Origin: Balamuthia mandrillaris
Taxonomy: Eukaryota
Assembly: GCA_031835245.2 (NCBI GenBank)
Contig: JAVKOQ020000079.1
Location: 1 to 64,000, forward strand
DNA: 64,000 nucleotides
Direction of reading: 5' to 3'
Shown: positions 11,916-24,198 of the stretch, piece after piece
Layout: every line of letters begins with the position of its first letter
Numbering within the stretch: position 1 is the stretch's first letter
The notes under the pieces: model-generated
The model's database searches: none
Told to the model about the DNA's origin: nothing
What the model saw: the letters and a program-made list of their open reading frames with translations, nothing else
Translations under genes and position numbers: made by a program

Positions 11916-13647
11916 CTTGGTTGAAGCTTGTGCTATCTGTGGTGTTTTACTGGGTTACTTATGGGCGACCTTTTTCTCGAAAGGGCTTACGTGAGAAAGG
12001 TGGTAATTAAAAGAGTCAATTAAACAACCAAGGAGGAACAGAAAAACAACAAGGAGAAACACAGGCTGCGGCGAACCGATGGTCACCGACGCCTTTCTTT
12101 TAAAAAAAAAATGAAGGAGAGGGAAACGTACAAATCACCTCTAGTTCCAGTTCTTTTGGTGGCACGCTTTGTTCGCGGAGTTACTCGATCCCGTTAGGTT
12201 CGGATCGCCGGTTTTTTTTTTTTTTCAACTCGATGGACGTATGACACTGCTGGGGTTCTTTTTTTTTTTGTGGCGTCAGTTCCTCCTGCAAGGTGTTTTT
12301 TTGCACCTTTCTCTCTCCCAGCTCTCTCACCACCCCCACACCCATAAAATCAAAAAAAAACGTAACAAACACACACATCAAACCATAACGCGCGCGCGGT
12401 GGTGACATCAAAACGTACCTCCTCCCCTTTCTCTCCTTCCCCTCTTTATTTTTATTTTATTTTTTGACGTGGGGGTGCACGTACGTTGGGTGGGTCTCAA
12501 GCGCGTGGCGTGGCGTGGCGTCGCGTCGCGTAGTTCGTTGGGGGAGGGGAGGCGTCGCGGCGTAATGTTACGCTACTTTTTTTTTTGTCCCTGTTCGCGG
12601 CTGCTACTGTTTTTTTTTTTAAGGCGCCGGTTATGGTTACCTTTTTTGGAGGGTTACTCTGAAGAGAGAGAAAGAGAGAGGAAAAAGGTCCGGTCGGTCC
12701 GGTCAGTCATTTGTCAGAAGAATGGAAAGAAAACACATGAACAACTCACAGAAAATACGTTTTGCAGGAGGAGGAGAGGGGCAAATAATTATACCGAAAG
12801 CAAAGCAAAGCGCAAAACAAAAACGGTTATGTTTTTGCAAGAACAAGAACAAAAAAAAAACTTGTCAAACCAACAACAACAAAGAAAAAACAGAAACAAA
12901 AGCATGGAAAGTCGAAAAAAAAAAATGGAGTGCTTGGTTGTAATGAGGATAAGGGGGGGAAGTGGAGGGGATTACCTTGGTAACGTTGTCTTTTGAAGCG
13001 ACCGTTTTTACGTGCAGGCCCCCTTTGTGAAGCTTTAGTGTTTTGGGGTAAACAGAACAAAAAATAATTTTTTTTTTTGAACGGCCAAAGAAAACGGTAA
13101 GAAAATGTTCCTATGTGCGCACCATTACACCTATCGCAGGAGAGGGGGGAAAAAATAATAGTACCTTGCAAACAGACCTGTAGCCAACGTACGGCGACCT
13201 TGCGATAACCAAGGAGCTGTAACCTCACCAAAAAATATATATATATATATCTATATCTTGGTGGTTACCTCCGCTTTTTTTTTTGTTTTTTTTTTTTCCC
13301 TTGTAACCTCGTTCCTCCTCTCTCCCTAAATAAAAATATCGAAACCAAAAACAAAAACGTTACCGCCTTTCCCCCCTGTACGTTGTCGAGGGTTATTGTA
13401 GTTTTTTTTTTTGTTTGACGTGGAGACGCGCTCTTTTTATGGGTCCTGAGTCGAGGGGTTTGCCGTTGCTCTCCCTCACGTCGTGTTCGAGTGGTGGAAA
13501 GTTGACAGAAAATCGAGAACATTCAAAATTTTGATCGACACCAAATCCGAAGAAAAAAGGACGAAAAGTGGAGATTCACGTGTCGTCATGATATATTAAT
13601 CGGGACGACATGATGGTTAAACAAACAACAACATAGCGAGAGGATCC

Positions 13648-15095
13648 TCAGTCCGAGTCGAGTAGGTCAACCACCACTGGAGCACTCTTTGTTCCGGGTG
13701 TGTTGATTGGTGGAGGGGCTCCAAATAGACGTCTCCGCTTGGTAACGTAAGCCGATGAGTCCTCGTCCGCTTCCTCATCCTCCTCGTCTCCTTCATCGCT
13801 CCAATCTTCGGTTTGCTTCCAGCTTTTCTTGTTGTTTGTCGATCGTTTTGAAGCCACACTTTTCTCTCTTTTCCTCTTTCGTTCCTCTTCCAGCTCCTGC
13901 TCCTTGGTCTGAAGGGACTGGCGCAATTCCGCAGCAATCCGGTCGCTCTCCTCCTTTTCCTTTTCCAAGTCCTCCTTCACGCTCTGCCAGTAGATTTCCT
14001 TCGTTCCTCTCTCCCGTTCCAGCTTCATCCTTGCTTTCTTTTCCGTTTGTGCCATTTCTTTTTTTTTTTGTTTTGTTTTTATGTTTTCTCCTTTCAGCCA
14101 CACCAAGATACAAAGATGAAGAAGGGAGAGCATAAACGGAGACAAGCAGAAGCGAAGAAGAAAAAGAAGCAGAAGAAGAAGAAGAAGAAGAAGAAGAAGA
14201 AGAAGAAGAAGAAGAAGAAGAAGAAGAAGAACAAGAACAAGAACAAGAAGAAGAACAAGAACAAGAACAAGAACAAGAACCACAGCAAGAACAAGAAGAA
14301 GAACAAGAAGAAAAAGAAAAAGAAAAAGAAGGAGAAGAAGCAGAAGAACAAGAAGAACAAGAACAAGAAGAACATACCTTGAGCCCTCTGCAAAAAGTTC
14401 TGCAGCCTTGTCGACTGTTTCGCCTGTTGCTGCAGGCCGGCCACATTATCGCTCACATACCTGCCCCACTGATCCATTTGCAGCCTCAACCGTCGGTTGG
14501 CATTGCTGAGCTCGGCGATGGTGCGCTCCTTCTCTCGCAGCTGGGCCTGCAGTTCCTCCTGCCCAAAGGTGTGCCGCTCGGCGAGCACCCTCTGCAGGCT
14601 CTCTTCCAGCGTGCGGATGCGCTCCTTGCGACTCTCCCCTTTGAGGAGGAGGCGCTCGATGTCGGTGAAGCACTCGCCGAGGAGGTCGCGGTAGCGGGCG
14701 GCTTGCTCGTGGGCTGCCTCGAGGGATCCCTTCAGGGCAATCACCACCTCGATGAGTTTGTCTTGAAACTGGCGGTCATGCTCCCTTTTTTCTTCTTCGT
14801 CTTCTTCTGTGTCATCCTCTTCTTCCAGCTCTCGTCGAAGAGATATTCTCCCTCCTTTCTTGAACACCCTTCTTCGAACGCTGCTGCTAGCTGCTCTTCT
14901 TCTTTGCTCTCCTGCCAGTCTGTCTTTCAGCTCCAAGAGGCCCTCGCGGATGACCTGCTCGCGTCTCTTCCGGCTTTCCTCGCTGAGGTTCTCCACTTCA
15001 AGCCTCAGCTCCTCGTTCTCCTCTTCCAAGTCCTTGAGCTTTGCCTTCACTGCCTTGAGCTCCTTGGCCACCCCAAAGTCTTCTCCGTATTCCAT
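13648..15095 (-). CDS. Coiled-coil protein, 2 exons (repeat-filled intron ~14055-14377)
   Basis: E/K/R/L heptad-rich exon 1 ends at a GTATG donor; exon 2 is EMAQTEKKARMKLERE...APVVVDLLDSD*. Confidence 0.7.
14147..14372. repeat. Intronic (AAG)n/(AAGAAC)n microsatellite
   Basis: Directly visible tandem tri- and hexanucleotide repeats. Confidence 0.95.
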
Positions 15096-15192
15096 TTTTT
15101 TCTTTCTTTTTTTTTTTGTGGAAAGCTTTGAAAAATAATTGGTTAAGAAATTTCATTGCCAATCATAAATCCAAAATAATGTCGACACATAT

Positions 15193-16454
15193 TCATCCGC
15201 TTCTTCTCCTCTTCTCCTTTCGTTCTCTTTCGTCTTCTTCTTTCTGATTCCTTTCATCATCCTCTTGTTCTTCCTCTTCCTTCTCCTCGTCCTCGTCTTC
15301 TTCTTCTTCTTCTTCTGCTTCTTCTTTTTCTCGTTGTTTCTTGCCTTTTCGACTATCTCGCTCCTCTTCTTCCTCTTCTTCGGAGTCACGATTGTTACTT
15401 TGTTCTTCATCCTCATCTGAACGATCCCGCGAAGAGCTTCTTTCTTCTGCTTCTGTGCGACTTCTTTTCTTTCCTGAGCTCGTTTCTTTTCCTTTGTTCT
15501 CCCCACTTCATTGAAACAAATGGTTGGTTCCTAAACCATTCAGAGAGAGAGAGAGAGAGAGAAGAGAGAGTGTGTGTGCTAAAATACATACGGCAAAGGA
15601 AAGAGGTCACTGTGCCATCCATAAGGGACTTCAGAGCCAGCACAACCGCGACAGCCCGTTTTGACGTTCTCGATCTCTCTGTTGCCTCGCTCGTGGCGTG
15701 GCACCCTGCAGATAGACACCGAGCCAAAGTGATTCTTCTCCAATGCCATCAGAGAGCATAGGTTGTTGTAGCCTGGCTGTTGTGGTTGAAGTTTTGTAAA
15801 ACAAAAAGGTAAGCATCGGGCAGGAGAAAAGAAGAGAAAGGGAAAGAAAAATGAGAAGAGAAGAGGATCGAAGAAAGAGAAGAAAGAAGCAGCCAAAAAG
15901 CAGTGAAGAAGAAAGAAGCAGCAAAAAAGCGCAGAAGCACAGAGAAGAAATGAAAAAGCAAAACATAAACGAGCAAGGGAAAAAAGACACAACCGCGAAG
16001 AGCAAAACGATGACAGCGAGAAACAAATAGAGGCGTACCTTCTTCCATTTGGCGATCAGTTTGGCATCGGCCAGCTTCTCGCGAAGGCAGTACTCGTAGA
16101 GCTCACGCGAGATGGCCTTCTTCTTGTAGTACGCCTCGTAGATGAAACGAGTGCGATAAAAGTGGTACTTGTGGATGGGATGCAGCGTTTCTCTCACACG
16201 CTTGCCTTCATGAGACTCATTCACAGCTTGAGGAACAACACATCAAAAAAATAAGGTGTGTTAATGTATAATCTCTTGTCCGTTGCCAGAAAAAGAAAGA
16301 AAGTAATCGAAAGGAAAGAAGAGAGGTTCTAGAAGGAGGATTAAAAAAAAATACCATCTTCCATTTGGCGATCGATCTCTTCCAAGATGGGAGCGATTTT
16401 GTCCCATCCCGCCGGAGGCTTTTGTGTAGTGAACCGCTTGCCAACCTTGTACAT
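15193..16454 (-). CDS. BUD31: BUD31/G10 splicing-factor homolog, 4 exons, with acidic C-terminal extension
   Basis: KPPAGWDKIAPILEEIDRQMED; HEGKRVRETLHPI...YKKKAISRELYEYCLREKLADAKLIAKWKK; PGYNNLCSL...ICRVP...GCRGCAG; the last exon junction is inferred. Confidence 0.9.
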
Positions 16455-16599
16455 GGTTTATTATTTTTCTTTTTTTCTCACCACTGTGCCGAAAGAGTTG
16501 CCGTGGAGGGTGGTGTCGCTCTCTTCTTTTCTTTCTTTGCGCCTTTCTTCTTTACTTTTTCCTTAGCGTGCTCATTTGTTGCACCATTTCTGCAGGGTT

Positions 16600-16712
16600 T
16601 ATTTGTCGACAAATTGGCGCATACGTCAGCATTATGTCCACATAAAATATGACGTCAGGCCGGTTGTCTACACATAAACGATATGACGTCAGCCCAATGT
16701 GTCGACACAAAA
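16600..16712. promoter_or_regulatory. Bidirectional promoter between BUD31 and TRIP4 with two TGTCGACA and two TGACGTCA palindromes
   Basis: TGTCGACA at 16604 and 16700; TGACGTCA at 16650 and 16684; divergent ATGs at 16454 and 16820. Confidence 0.6.
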
Positions 16713-16736
16713 CATGCTTTAGTGAAGAAGAAAAGA

Positions 16737-16767
<31 letters not shown>

Positions 16768-16819
16768 AGGAACAAAGGTAAGGGAGACAGACACCACCGT
16801 TCGTACACACACCTGGCCC

Positions 16820-17000
16820 ATGGCACGCTACAACCCTCTCCCTCAACAACGCTACATCCAGCCAGCCGCTCAAAAGGACTTTGAGCTGTGGACGGCCAAT
16901 CGCCTGAAACATTTAATGGGCCTGGAAGACGTCGATGCCCTCGTCCAAGATCTCTTCGCCAAGGAGACCTCTCAAGAGGTTCACGAATGGGTCGAGGTTC

Positions 17001-17041
<41 letters not shown>

Positions 17042-18801
17042 GCTGCTGCTCACTTCAGAACAAAAAAGAGCGTTTTAGGGTGGGAAAGAAAAGCGGTGAA
17101 AAAATTCTATGAGAACTTTGTGGAGAAGCGGGTCAAGACGTCCGCCATCTTTCGCCTCGCCAACGACCGCTCTCAGGCACGGGTGGTGGAGCAGGCCTCC
17201 ACCGCCGAGTTCGAGGCGTACAAGAAGCCCGAGCTGGGAGAGGACGGGTTCATGTCGCTGAAGGCCAAGGCCAAGGCGCAGAAGAAGCAGGAGGAGGCGC
17301 AGGCCCAGGCTCAGGCGCAGTTGCAGCAGCAAAAGGCCGCTGTGAAGCAGAAGAAGAGGAATCAGCGGCGTAATAGACGCATATGCGACTGTCAAGGTCG
17401 GTATTCTAACCTCTTTTTGATCTTGTTCTTCTTTGTTCTATCTTCTCCTTTCTCATGTCCTTCCTTCTTCCTTTTCTCTTTCTTGTTCTTGTTCTTGTTC
17501 TTGTTCTTGTTCTTGTTCTTGTTCTTGTTCTTGTTCTTGTTCTTGTTCTTGTTCTTGTTCTTGTTCTTGTTCTTCTTCTTGTTCTTCTTCTTGTTCTTCT
17601 TCTTTTTCTTCTTCTTCTTTTTCTTCTTCTTCTTCTTCTTCTTCTTCTTTTGAACTCACTCATCTTATTCTTTCCTTGCCTAATATAAAGGACTGAAGTG
17701 TGGAGTATACATGAATTGTCTTTGGTGCGGTAGAGTGACATGCGAAACAGAAGGACCAGGTCCTTGCTTCTTTTGTCACCACGAAGTGGACGTAGATAAT
17801 CCCACACATGTCTTCTCTGAAGAACGACAAGACAAGAAGAAGAAAGGATCGCCACAAACGACTCGAGCAGAGGAGGCCTCCACCGAAATGGATGAAGGCT
17901 TGGCTCGTGCATTATTGCGTAAAGATGAGTTGTTGGAGTATGAACGAAATAGTGCCCGCAGAACAGTCGTTTATGGTTATTCTTCTTTGCTTCTTTCTTT
18001 TCTTTCTTTCTCTTTCTACATTTCTTTGCTTTCATCACTTTTTACTAATTCGTTTACATTCTTTTCTTTATTTTACTCTTAGACGATCATGAGGACTACT
18101 TCTCTGTGGATTCTACGAAATGGTTAACGGCAGAGGAGAAGAAGAGGATGAAAGAGAAAGAAGAAGAAATGAAAAAAAAGAAGGAAGAGAATGCACGCAA
18201 AATTACTGTTTCTTTTGACCTTGCCGGCCGGAAAGTCATTCACGCTAACGGTTCATTTGCTTCTGTCCATTCTCTGCTTTTCTCTTTTCTTGTTCTCTCT
18301 TCTCTGCTTCTCAAACCATTACATTAACATTAAAGCCACACAACAGATGAGATAGTTTCGTCGGACGGAGCTTTCGTTTCCGAAGGAGATCTCTCCAAAA
18401 GTGGTTTCTTATTCAATCCGAGTCTCGACGTGCCTAACCCTCTCTACACCTCTGACGATCTTCCTCCTGCTTCTCAACAACAAACAACATCAACTGAAGA
18501 CCCAGGGCAAAAGAAAAAGAGAAGAAGAAGAAAGAAGAAGGAGCAACAACCAACACACGAACAACAAATCGCAAAAAAGAGAGAAGCACTCACTTCGAAA
18601 CGGATTCAACACGAATACTTTGTTGCCGATGAGGATACCTCCTCTTGGCCTGCTTCTTCTTCTTCTTCAGGAGCTGGAGGGAGTAGCAGCGCAGCATCAG
18701 GATCCATGCAATGGGCTGACATGGTGGATGATGCGGACGACGATGACTACTTTGATGATGACTATGATGATGCTCCTTCCTTTGCTGCGCGAAGACATTA
18801 A
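16820..18801 (+). CDS. TRIP4: Activating signal cointegrator 1 (TRIP4/ASC-1/Rqt4) homolog, multi-exon
   Basis: Spliced CDCQGLKCGVYMNCLWCGRVTCETEGPGPCFFC (zf-C2HC5-like), then KDELLEYERNSARRTVVYDDHEDYF...WLTAEEK...ITVSFDLAGRKV. Confidence 0.85.
17470..17650. repeat. Intronic (TTCTTG)n/(TTC)n microsatellite
   Basis: Directly visible. Confidence 0.95.
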
Positions 18802-18994
18802 TCACTTTGTTGAAGCTTGTTACAACAAAAACAAAGATACACAATTGTTACAGGCATAACGCGAGAAAGAAGAGAAGCGAAGAGAAGAGAAGAGAATCGA
18901 AGAGAATCGAAGAGAAGAGAGAGGAACGTTATTTCACTTTTCAAATATGTTTACTTTGTTTTAAAAGCCAGCAAGATAACAACGGCCGCGGCAG

Positions 18995-20196
18995 TCAGGG
19001 CAAGGACCCTTGTAATGGATCTCGGTCTTTTCGCAAGGACCGAAGGTTCCCTTGCCTCCTTTCCCTCCGCAGGTGTTGCAGGGCACCACGGAGTAACCCA
19101 GCGAACCCTTGCCCTCGCAACAAGGGCAGTCCCACTTGCGATGGATGGAGCTTTGCTCGCAGGCGCCAAACGTGCCCCACGCCCCCTTGCCGTCGCACTT
19201 GGGGCACTTGCCTCCCCGTGACTTTTGCGAGCCGTCCCGTGACTTTTGCGAGCCGCCCGCTTTCTTTCTTTCCTTCTTCTCCGCAAACGGACCCGAGCGG
19301 GAAGTGGTTGTTGTCGTTACACTGATAGCGGTAGCAAGCGGTTAATAAGAGAAGAGAAGCGAAAGAGATAACATAAACAGAGTCGTTGAAACCATACGTG
19401 GTTGTGCAAGAGCCTCCACCCGAGCCGAAGCCTCCTTGCTGTTGTTGATAATATTGTTGTTGCTGTTGTTGCTGAGGACCGCCGTACATTCCGCCTTGTT
19501 GAGGACCGCCGTACATGCCTCCTTGCTGTTGTTGCTGTTGTGGTTGTTGTGGAGAAGAAGCCACGTAGCCTTTTCCTTTACAGGAGGGACAGTCTCCCTT
19601 TCGGTGGACGTCGTCCTGCTCGCAGGGGCCAAAGGCTCCCTTTCCTCCCTTGCCGTCGCACTTTTTGCACTTCTTCACGGGGTAGTCCAACACGCCGCGA
19701 CCCTCGCAGCAACGGCAATCGGCCTTGCGGTGTATGTCGTCCTGCTCGCAAGCTCCAAAGGGACCCCATCCACCTTTACCGTCGCATTTGGGACAGTCGA
19801 CTTCTTGGCTATATAGTGGGCAGAGAGAGAAGGGTTGGTTCGTTAGCTAAGAATAAAACCAAAGCAGAAGGGACAAGAAACAAAAAGGTACCTCACGGGA
19901 GCTGCCCACATTCCGCCTTGCTGAGGACCGCCGTACATGCCTCCTTGTTGAGGACCACCGTACATGCCTCCTTGCTGAGGTCCTCCGCCGTACATTCCTC
20001 CTTGCTGCTGTTGGTAATATTGTTGCTGTTGTTGTTCAGGGCCGCCGTACATTCCTCCTCCTTGCTGAGGGCCGCCGAACATGCCTCCTTGCTGAGGACC
20101 GCCGAACATGCCTCCTCCTTGTTGTTGCTGCGGAGGCCCGCCAAACATTCCTCCTCCTTGTTGTTGTTGCGGACCGCCAAAGAAGCCACCAAACAT
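18995..20196 (-). CDS. Gly/Gln-rich repeat protein with CxxCxGxG (DnaJ-type zinc-finger-like) modules, multi-exon
   Basis: GGM(F/Y)GGPQQ repeats; modules such as KKCKKCDGKGGKGAFGPCEQDDVHRKGDCPSCKGKG. Confidence 0.75.
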
Positions 20197-20640
20197 TCTG
20201 TAGGTCTGTGTTGTTCTGTTTCAAATAAAATAAGCAAGTTTGAAAATAACAAACCGACTCGTCGCTATAAAACTCGTCCCGTTTCGTGGGGCAAGCCGAA
20301 TGACGTTTTTGTTAATCAAGAGTTTCGTGCTGCAGCACCTGCATCTGCAGTTTAGGGTTTATTTGCGAGATGGAAGCAGCCCATTGGCTTCCACGCAATT
20401 CATTCCGCTTGTGGCTGGGCAATATACAAATGCTGCGTGTTGGTAAAGCCTTCAAGGAAATTGTTAACGCAGAGAAGAATACTGACTTTTTGCAGGTGGT
20501 GCCTAGCGCATTATGAGCGAAGGAGTGCAAGAACAACAAGGAGCGAAAGAACAACACTTCAATGGACCAGTGTTTTGTTTGGACGTTGTTAAAAAGCAGC
20601 AATTGCAAAAAGGGAAAAACACGGTCGAATCCTCTCCAGC

Positions 20641-23600
20641 TCAAAAGGTTATAGTTCTGCCTTGTCTGATGACCTTTTGGTTCCGCTTTCTCTGCACAAG
20701 AACCACTGTTATTGTTACCACGACTGCCGCCAGGACCACCACACCCAACACCACTGGCAGCACAATGGCCAGCACCATTTCATCCCCATCATCATCCTCC
20801 TCCTCTCCATCCTCCCCATCTCCTCCATCGCTCCCTGTCAACAAAACAGAAACATCAGGATCGTATCGCAGAGAATGTTGGAAGTGAGGCAGGGTGAACA
20901 CCACTTCCGTCTCCGCTTCCGCTTCCTCCGATCGCTCCACTCGCACCCCCACTTGCTTGGAGGTTTCAAACTCCTCCTCCGTCCAGGCCATGGACAACAC
21001 TCGCAACACCGCTCGGCTCTTCTCCGCCTCCAACACAAACTCTCTTTCTTCTTCTCCTTCTCCTTCTCCGTTGTGAACTTCTTGCACATTCAACCACTGC
21101 TCCTCTCCCGTTCGAAGAATGGTGTGAAGTTCCAAGAGGTTGTCTTCGTGCACAAAAGGCCAATCCTGCAAAAGCAGCGTCCACTTCAAGCCATCCTGCT
21201 GGAAAGCCAGCAGGGAACCGTTGGGAAGTTCCACTTCCTCTCCCCCTGCCACCGCTTGGAACACCACCTGCATGACCACAGGGTGCCCCTCCTCCTCCTC
21301 CTCCTCCTCCTCCTGGACCGTGAAGTTGGCAGAGAAGATGATCTCTCCGGAAGAAGGATCCACCACGCTCTCCCAAAGCATGTCCACCAGAGAGACAGAG
21401 GTCACCACGCTTTGAGCAGAAGAGTCCACTTCCACCAGCCGCAAAAAGAAGGCCCGCAGGGCTGTGGCCGAGATGTCTTCTGCTTGGTTTCCATCCGTTG
21501 GCGCAAAGACAAAGTCGGGAGAGCCTTCTGGGAAGAGGATGATAGCAGTGGACAAATGGGTGGGTGTTGTGACCGTCACTTCGGTGATGTAGTTGTAGGA
21601 ATTAAGAGCATAGCTTGGTGCCGCCCTGTCTAGGGAAGGTTGCAACAACAAGTAAAATGATGACGCAGAAGATGGGATGTCCGTAATGGAGAGCACGAAC
21701 TCGGGTTGTTGGTTGGGTTCAACCTGAACGCTTGTTTCTTTCAAGGAGATTAATGTCTCTGCTTGCCATGGGTAGTCCTGTTATAGTTGCACCCAGCTGA
21801 AACGTGTTTGCGGGAGGAGAATTGAAGTGAAGGAAGAATGGCTGGTCTCCTGCTTCGTAGAAGACAGCTCTCTTTTTGCCTTTCTTGTCATAAACCACTA
21901 GATGAACCGGGTTAGGTTGCCATTCCACGGTCGGTATCGTTTCGATGTTGCACGGGCATTCGGGGCAGTCAAAAGCGGCAATGACGGTGGCATTAGTGCA
22001 GTTGACGAAAGGGACGTTTGTTTGTTGAAGGTAAGTGGTGAAGAGAAACGAGACCCTGGAATCCTTCAAGTGGAAAAAGGCACCTGATGTACAAATGATT
22101 ATGGAAAAGAAGAAGTAAGAAGGATGAAGCAATAAAAAGGGAAGACAAAGGAAAAGGAGAAGAAGAAGAAGAAGAAGAAGAAGAAGAAGAAGAAGAAGAA
22201 AAGAAATGATATCAAACCAGTGGTGAATGTATTTTCGATGAACTGAACTTCACCCTTACTGTACCATTGCGATTCAAACATGCAACCTGAATGAAGAGAA
22301 ACGGAAAACTCTGTCAGCTGTGGAAAAAAAAACCGAAAGAAAAGTATTCAACACTCTTACCAAGCGGATCGGAGTTGACCTCAGAATTGTTGAAGAACAT
22401 TACAAGGTCATGATGTTCCCATGAAGACTGCTCAAGCCACACAGCTAGTTGTTTGGAAAGCTGTGAGGACAAACGGACACCCAAAGACAAATCTTCGCAG
22501 CGCACACATACCGGTATTGCCATTCTTAAAGAATACCTTGTCGTACGACATCCATGAGCTGCTGTCCGTCAGCATTACAGCTTTTAAAGGTTTGTTACAA
22601 ACATTTGATTTGAGCACACAGGATAAAGAACGACTCACCTCTTGCTTTTGCGTTTATCAAGTAAACTGGACCGTTGCTTGTCCACTGTGTATCATAGCTC
22701 ATGTCGATTGCGCCTTTGTCTGAAGAAGCGTGTTGGGAGAAAGAGAAGGAGAAGGAGAAGGAGAAGGAGAAGGAGAAGGAGAAGGAGAAGGAGAAGGAGA
22801 AGGAGAAGGAGAAGGAGAAGGAGAAGGAGAAGGAGAAGGAGAGAAGGAGAAGGAGAAGGAGAAGGAGAAGGAGAAGGAGAAGGAGAAGGAGAAGGAGATG
22901 GAGAAGGAGAAGGAGAAGGAGAAAGCGAAAGAGAAACAACGAAAGAGAAAGAGAATGAAAATGAGAATGAGAGGAAAGAGGAAAAACAACAAAGGAAGAA
23001 CAATAAAAAAATACTTTGATCCGGCGAATAGACATCTTCAATCCAAACATCGCCGTTACTAATCCACTCAGCTCCTTCATGCAATGACACTGGAGGAAAA
23101 AGCTAAGATGTTAGACACCAAAGCACCAGTACAATAACACGGGAGGTAAAGACCTGCAGTGCCAAAGAGTCGAGTAACCACCAGGTTGTCCGTGAGAAGC
23201 GAGCACCCTTGGTTCATTTCAACGCCGCCTCCCTGTTCGTTTTGGAGATGGACATTGTGCAGGGAGAGGTTAAAGCCCACATCAATATCAAAAAGAACCC
23301 CAGTGCATGGTCCTTGGAACCAAACGTTTATCAATGTGAGGTTGGCTTGGATGCTAGAACCCAGACAGTTTATGATCTTCACGTCCGTTGGGTGCGCTCC
23401 TTTGCCTCTGTTGGTGCAGTGTTAACATCAGTTTTTCTTGTTTGAACAGTGAACATACAAGTAAAGAGAACGAACAAAAGGAGAAAGGAGTACTCTATGG
23501 TAACAGGAGCTGAATAACCGGGAGTGGGTATCGTCCATTCATACGTGTTTGGCGGAAGTTCCAAGCGATAAGCTTCTGACTCAACACCCTCTTTTTTTTG

Positions 23601-23911
23601 CAAAAAAAAAAAAAAAAAAAAGTAAAGGATAACGGTATAACATATAGGAGATGTAACGCAAGCAAGACAAAAGAAAAAAAAAAACGTTACCCAAGTACGT
23701 GCTGAGGTCGCAAGCGGTACAGTCCGCTGGTACTGGAACGATAAACTCTGTGGTTGGGAAGCAAGGCGTTAGTAACTGAGCACCCGGAGTTCTGGTGTGT
23801 GGTGGTTTTTCCTCTCTTTGCTTTATATTTTTTTTTGAAAACTATTGTACCGGAGAGAGTCGAAGCAGCAAACAAGCAAAGCCCCACAAACAAGCAAACA
23901 CTGGGATACAT
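20641..23911 (-). CDS. Type I surface protein, paralog 2 (ComC-supersandwich-like domain plus TM), multi-exon
   Basis: Signal peptide MYPSVCLFVGLCLFAASTLS; same exon layout as paralog 1; LRYDPDVSVLL followed by TM. Confidence 0.75.
22744..22922. repeat. Intronic (AGAAGG)n microsatellite
   Basis: Directly visible. Confidence 0.95.
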
Positions 23912-24198
23912 GGCTTTACAGGCTCTGCTCTAGGCTTCTTTTCCGAACTTATTCAATTAGGCAAACACGAATGTAAAGATTGCCTCCCGGACCAAGGATT
24001 CACCTAAATATTAACAATATATAGTACGGCTCGGTGGCCTTGGAGATGGAAGGAGTTACATACCTGGTCTCCTGATATCTTGTTGTTGTGGAAGAAAGAA
24101 ACAAAGAAAGTAAACAAAGAAGTAACAAAGGAGCTAAAAATTAAATGGTGCTTTTATACAAACAAACAGTGCAAATAGAAACTGCAGTTGAAGGTTTT

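Noticed and set aside
13648..23090. Many ORFs with poly-L, poly-F, poly-K, poly-R or dipeptide runs
   Set aside because: Translations of stop-free intronic microsatellites or antisense frames
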